From: an uncultured Bacilli bacterium
GTDB lineage: Bacteria; Bacillota_I; Bacilli_A; RF39; UBA660
NCBI GenBank assembly: GCA_947588765.1
Contig: CANPZG010000004.1
Location: 1-60,523 of the forward strand
Direction: 5' to 3'
DNA: 60,523 nt
Shown: piece after piece, positions 58,801 through 60,523 of the stretch
Layout of the letters: the number at the start of each line of letters is the position of its first letter
How positions within the stretch are numbered: the first letter of the stretch is position 1
Notes under the pieces: generated by a model
Database searches by the model: none
What the model was told of the DNA's origin: nothing
The model's input: only the letters and a program-made list of their open reading frames with translations
Made by a program: the position numbers and the translations under genes

Positions 58801-59324
58801 AAACATTTTCATCTGAAGGTAGAACAGGAACTATAACTATTTATGATAATGCAGGGCATTCTACAAATTGTACGGTAGATACATATATAGACAAAACAGC
58901 CCCATCAGTAAGCGTATCAGTAAGTGGAACTAGTGTTACAACAACATGTACAGATTATTTATCTGGTGTTAGTTGGTGTAGTAGTTGTAATTATTCACCA
59001 TGTAAAGAAACATTAAAACCTGCAAATGGATATACATCTGGTTCTACGGACAATGCTGGAAATAATGGAAAAAGTAGTCCGTATAACGTTTCAGGAGGCG
59101 GCGGTTCATCTGGTGGTTCAACTAGCAAAAATTGTTCCGGTGGGTATTATAGTTATTCAGGCAATGTAGGTACTCACTATGATCCTACGTCACGAAGTAG
59201 TTGTAGTAGTTTAAATGGTGGTACTTCTGGACGTTATTATTTATATAGTTGTACGAAAAAATCTCCAGGATGTATGTGTAATTTATATAGTACTCGTACT
59301 TGGATACCTTATACATGTAAGTAA
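55806..59324 (+). CDS. Giant (1172 aa) prepilin-leader protein: type IV pilin-like N-terminus + shared Cys domain + 2 FN3 domains + 5 Cys-rich Ig-like repeats + Gly/Ser linker + Cys-rich tail
   Basis: MKNKKGFVFIETIITIVFLAAALLVL carries the class III (prepilin) signal motif G/FxxIE with Glu at +5. Shared-domain motifs SYRYAGGNPNNYICFG..NLYRIIGIYG ... IGIMYVNEYMYGAS ... DNNWLFIGNEWLLTK ... SSFYL..GIGTREQPFRI. FN3-like DTEYQIKVKVLN and NTTYKIGIKAFD. Repeats of D[SK]T.P.C...YDN[AV]GN. Confidence 0.85.
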   Translation: MKNKKGFVFIETIITIVFLAAALLVLYSSYRNAIVEERKRIYYDDISYLYRNYYIADFLINKTEIHDLKDTAFEEKYAVEIDDNLKKELFSDYQTELNYPKEFETIEDKFNVNKMMFVSEELITECFNAKENDKCDKSYEGLSDGLINYLETMQIDHEEDDNTTYYLVTEYREKSTNEGVKKCEQGDEDCSVFFATLKLDINKIIEVPDALIGEACQGQNFADCIKDNYTLENDSESGSGIYHHDGNGTDSGYGEYEANDDSYRYAGGNPNNYICFGSDEEKCPDENLYRIIGIYGNNIKIIKEKDNAVKWNSLNTRKEIINNFNEKWQNMIEEYSWVTAGINNDVITKNAKEVYAAEISGTKENSKIGIMYVNEYMYGASPKYWVEKGTEYTKAKDNNWLFIGNEWLLTKVKNVSGQAYVVSDVGNVGSNITSQSINARSSFYLKETVILSNGIGTREQPFRITDNGAVVKDIVLATEETGYNDIEVNVQAESQDGKILKYFFSYKKKSETDNKWSEWVEDNDENHFFGGLDSDTEYQIKVKVLNNRGNYSDEFVREFKTRYAGPSVTIEGTTNGWFQIELHTQGGKGSVDIARYCYNINDGGFTCENSSNLSFSHTFKNLSPNTTYKIGIKAFDKNGLESLETKYTNARTDNPPTVTAPNLGNGWYNSSRYITASESGGTGSYHIQYCETTSSSCTPNTNGSRVYHSTEGTKTVCFNAKNNVTGELTKGTSCATSRLDLHAPTCSYSSEPSGWVSSAYVSIGCSDTGGSGCDPSYSGTSKYAYSSNPYLSTTISDRAGNSTYCSKSYSIKIDSTDPTCSSTSGNGSYGNWASYRTITQYCSDSQSGCRQNSYTQTFYSGTYDTIRIYDNVGNYSDCSVSPYVDSTPPSCGSTSGDGYRYDGASSRTITQYCSDSQSGCKKSSYTQTFYSGYSSSITIYDNAGNSRSCTVYPYIDSTGPTCSSTSGEGSSYNWTNGSRSITQYCYDAESGCKQSSYTQTFSSEGRTGTITIYDNAGHSTNCTVDTYIDKTAPSVSVSVSGTSVTTTCTDYLSGVSWCSSCNYSPCKETLKPANGYTSGSTDNAGNNGKSSPYNVSGGGGSSGGSTSKNCSGGYYSYSGNVGTHYDPTSRSSCSSLNGGTSGRYYLYSCTKKSPGCMCNLYSTRTWIPYTCK
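58023..58889 (+). repeat. Four tandem in-frame repeat units (222, 213, 213 and 219 bp) inside the pilin-like gene
   Basis: Units start at 58023, 58245, 58458 and 58671. Units 2-4 share long near-identical DNA runs, for example CAATATTGTAGTGATTCACAAAGTGGTTGTA...TCATATACTCAAACATTTTATTCAGGT. Confidence 0.85.
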
Positions 59325-59337
59325 TTAAGAGGTGCAA

Positions 59338-59793
59338 ATGAAATCAAAATATAATGTTAATCAAATAATTATTATTTCTGTTTTATTCGTTATCTTATGT
59401 TTAATAATTATTTTAATAATAAATAAACAAAATAACCTTAATAAAGTTGATGAACAAATTAACAATGAATATATTGCTAATGCCATTTGTGAAAAAGAAT
59501 ATCAAACAGAAAATAATTATAAATTTTACAATATAGAAAATATTGAATTTAAAAATGATTTAATAGTAGAAATTAAATCAACTAATAGAATAGAATATTT
59601 TGATGAAGATAATTATAATGGCTTTAAATCAAATGAAAAAGTGGAAAATCCAAAATATGATGATGAAAATTTAATAATTACGTTTGATGCTGGAGAAAGT
59701 CCAAGAAAAAATAATATAAAATATTCAGAATATATTAAAGAATTAACCGAAGATGGTTATGATTGTAAAACTAATAATGGTAATAATAGTTAA
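59338..59793 (+). CDS. Small N-terminally anchored protein, paralog 1 (151 aa)
   Basis: AAGAGGTG RBS before ATG 59338. TM anchor IIIISVLFVILCLIIILII. Shares C.KE...Y...I...IEF.ND..., a D/E/N/Y-rich core and a ..Y.....E.GYDCK end with the next gene. Confidence 0.6.
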   Translation: MKSKYNVNQIIIISVLFVILCLIIILIINKQNNLNKVDEQINNEYIANAICEKEYQTENNYKFYNIENIEFKNDLIVEIKSTNRIEYFDEDNYNGFKSNEKVENPKYDDENLIITFDAGESPRKNNIKYSEYIKELTEDGYDCKTNNGNNS

Positions 59794-59827
59794 TTATGAA
59801 ACTTATTAAAAAGAAAGGAAGTTAAAT

Positions 59828-60349
59828 ATGAGTAACCAAAAGAAAACTAAAAAAAATGAAAATATGAATAAATGGTTTATAATTAGTGCGGTTGTTATTT
59901 TAGTATTAATATTGATTGTGGTAATTATTTTAACTGTTAAGTTGAATAGAAAACCAAATGCAGAAAATAATCCTTCAACATCAACAATACCTAATGTTGA
60001 AAATACTTATAATTATAAATGTGAAAAAGAAAACCTATTAGAAGATTCTTTATATAAAGAAGTATACATAAATTATATAAAAGTAGATAATGAAAGAGTA
60101 CTTAATTCAATAAATTCTATTAAAGTTGTTTATGATAATGAAGATGATTATAAAGAAGCCAAGGAATATGAACAAAGGGAAGTAAAATTTAATGATGATG
60201 AAAAATCAATAGAATACTTTAATGAAGAAAGCAAAACTGATTATACTAAGGATGAGAATAATAAGGAAGTAAAAATTGATTATGAAAATTATAAAACAGC
60301 ATTAGAAAGAGAAAACTATACATGTGATAAAATTGATAATAAAGAATAA
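59828..60349 (+). CDS. Small N-terminally anchored protein, paralog 2 (173 aa)
   Basis: AAAGGAAG RBS. TM anchor WFIISAVVILVLILIVVIILTV. KCEKENLLEDSLYKEVYINYIKVDNE... and the ending ..YKTALERENYTCDK parallel the previous ORF. Confidence 0.6.
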   Translation: MSNQKKTKKNENMNKWFIISAVVILVLILIVVIILTVKLNRKPNAENNPSTSTIPNVENTYNYKCEKENLLEDSLYKEVYINYIKVDNERVLNSINSIKVVYDNEDDYKEAKEYEQREVKFNDDEKSIEYFNEESKTDYTKDENNKEVKIDYENYKTALERENYTCDKIDNKE

Positions 60350-60523
60350 AGTCTAAAAGACTTTTTTCTTTTTGGATAAAAAAATAATGCAAAACAAGAA
60401 ATATTATTGTATAATTAAAGTTGAAAATAGGAAAGTAGTTGATAGAATAATGAAGAATAAAAAAGGCTTTGTATTTATAGAAACAATAATAACAATAGTA
60501 TTCTTAGCAGCAGCCCTACTAGT
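60347..60523 (+). repeat. Copy 2 of the duplicated terminator-promoter-5'CDS block
   Basis: See 55699-55879. AGGAAAGTAGTTGATAGAATAATGAAGAATAAAAAAGGCTTTGTATTTATAGAAACAATAATAACAATAGTATTCTTAGCAGCAGCCCTACTAGT. Confidence 0.8.
60450..60523 (+). CDS. Second prepilin-leader protein, 5' fragment (continues beyond the window)
   Basis: ATG 60450. MKNKKGFVFIETIITIVFLAAALL is identical at the protein level to the start of the 55806 gene. Confidence 0.8.
   Translation, partial: MKNKKGFVFIETIITIVFLAAALL

Noticed and set aside
1-60523. Mollicutes-type genetic code (TGA read as Trp), considered because of the very low GC.
   Set aside because: All Trp positions in conserved proteins are TGG. TGA terminates paralog C (37882-37884) exactly where the paralogous proteins end. 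Sporulation genes are also present. The standard bacterial code fits.
1-60523. CRISPR arrays, tRNA or rRNA genes, IS elements, integrases and prophage genes.
   Set aside because: I saw no regularly spaced short direct repeats, no intergenic stretch with tRNA-like GC-rich cloverleaf potential, and no transposase, integrase or phage structural motifs in any ORF. The only mobile-like signatures are the 40-bp inverted repeats and the accessory cassettes themselves.

Overview
This is a 60.5 kb chromosomal window from a very AT-rich, endospore-type Bacillota genome. Hand counts of sampled stretches give roughly 25-30% GC. The code is standard: TGA acts as a stop and Trp is always TGG. Three housekeeping blocks form the backbone. 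(1) recR-bofA-holB-ricT-methyltransferase-pth-mfd ... spoVT-tatD-3D protein-rsmA-yabG-veg-spoVG-yabP-yabQ-divIC, with clpP convergent. (2) Glycolysis genes gap / pgk-tpiA / gpmI, with spo0A sitting between tpiA and gpmI. (3) A complete S10-spc-alpha ribosomal cluster, rpsJ to rplQ, including secY, adk, map, infA, rpmJ and rpoA, but with no rpmD. Accessory DNA lies between these blocks, and its dominant theme is one shuffled family of secreted or surface proteins. Five or six genes share a Cys-containing domain (YRY..NY[IV]CFG..LYRIIG ... RPxxYL..GxGTxxxPY). That domain is fused to three different export N-termini: a SipW-cognate-like signal, a plain TM anchor, or a prepilin-type GFxxIE leader. 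Four of these genes sit divergently from a small XRE or ribbon-helix-helix regulator. One copy is frameshifted and ends in a patch of about 50% GC. One has swapped the shared domain for a LamG domain. One cassette is bracketed by perfect 40-bp inverted repeats. One is a 1172-aa pilin-like protein with FN3 domains and tandem Cys-rich repeats. The window also contains a 2487-aa M26-type zinc metalloprotease with cohesin-like and dockerin-like modules, two Fic/Doc proteins, and an orphan J-domain protein. I saw no rRNA, tRNA, CRISPR array or transposase.
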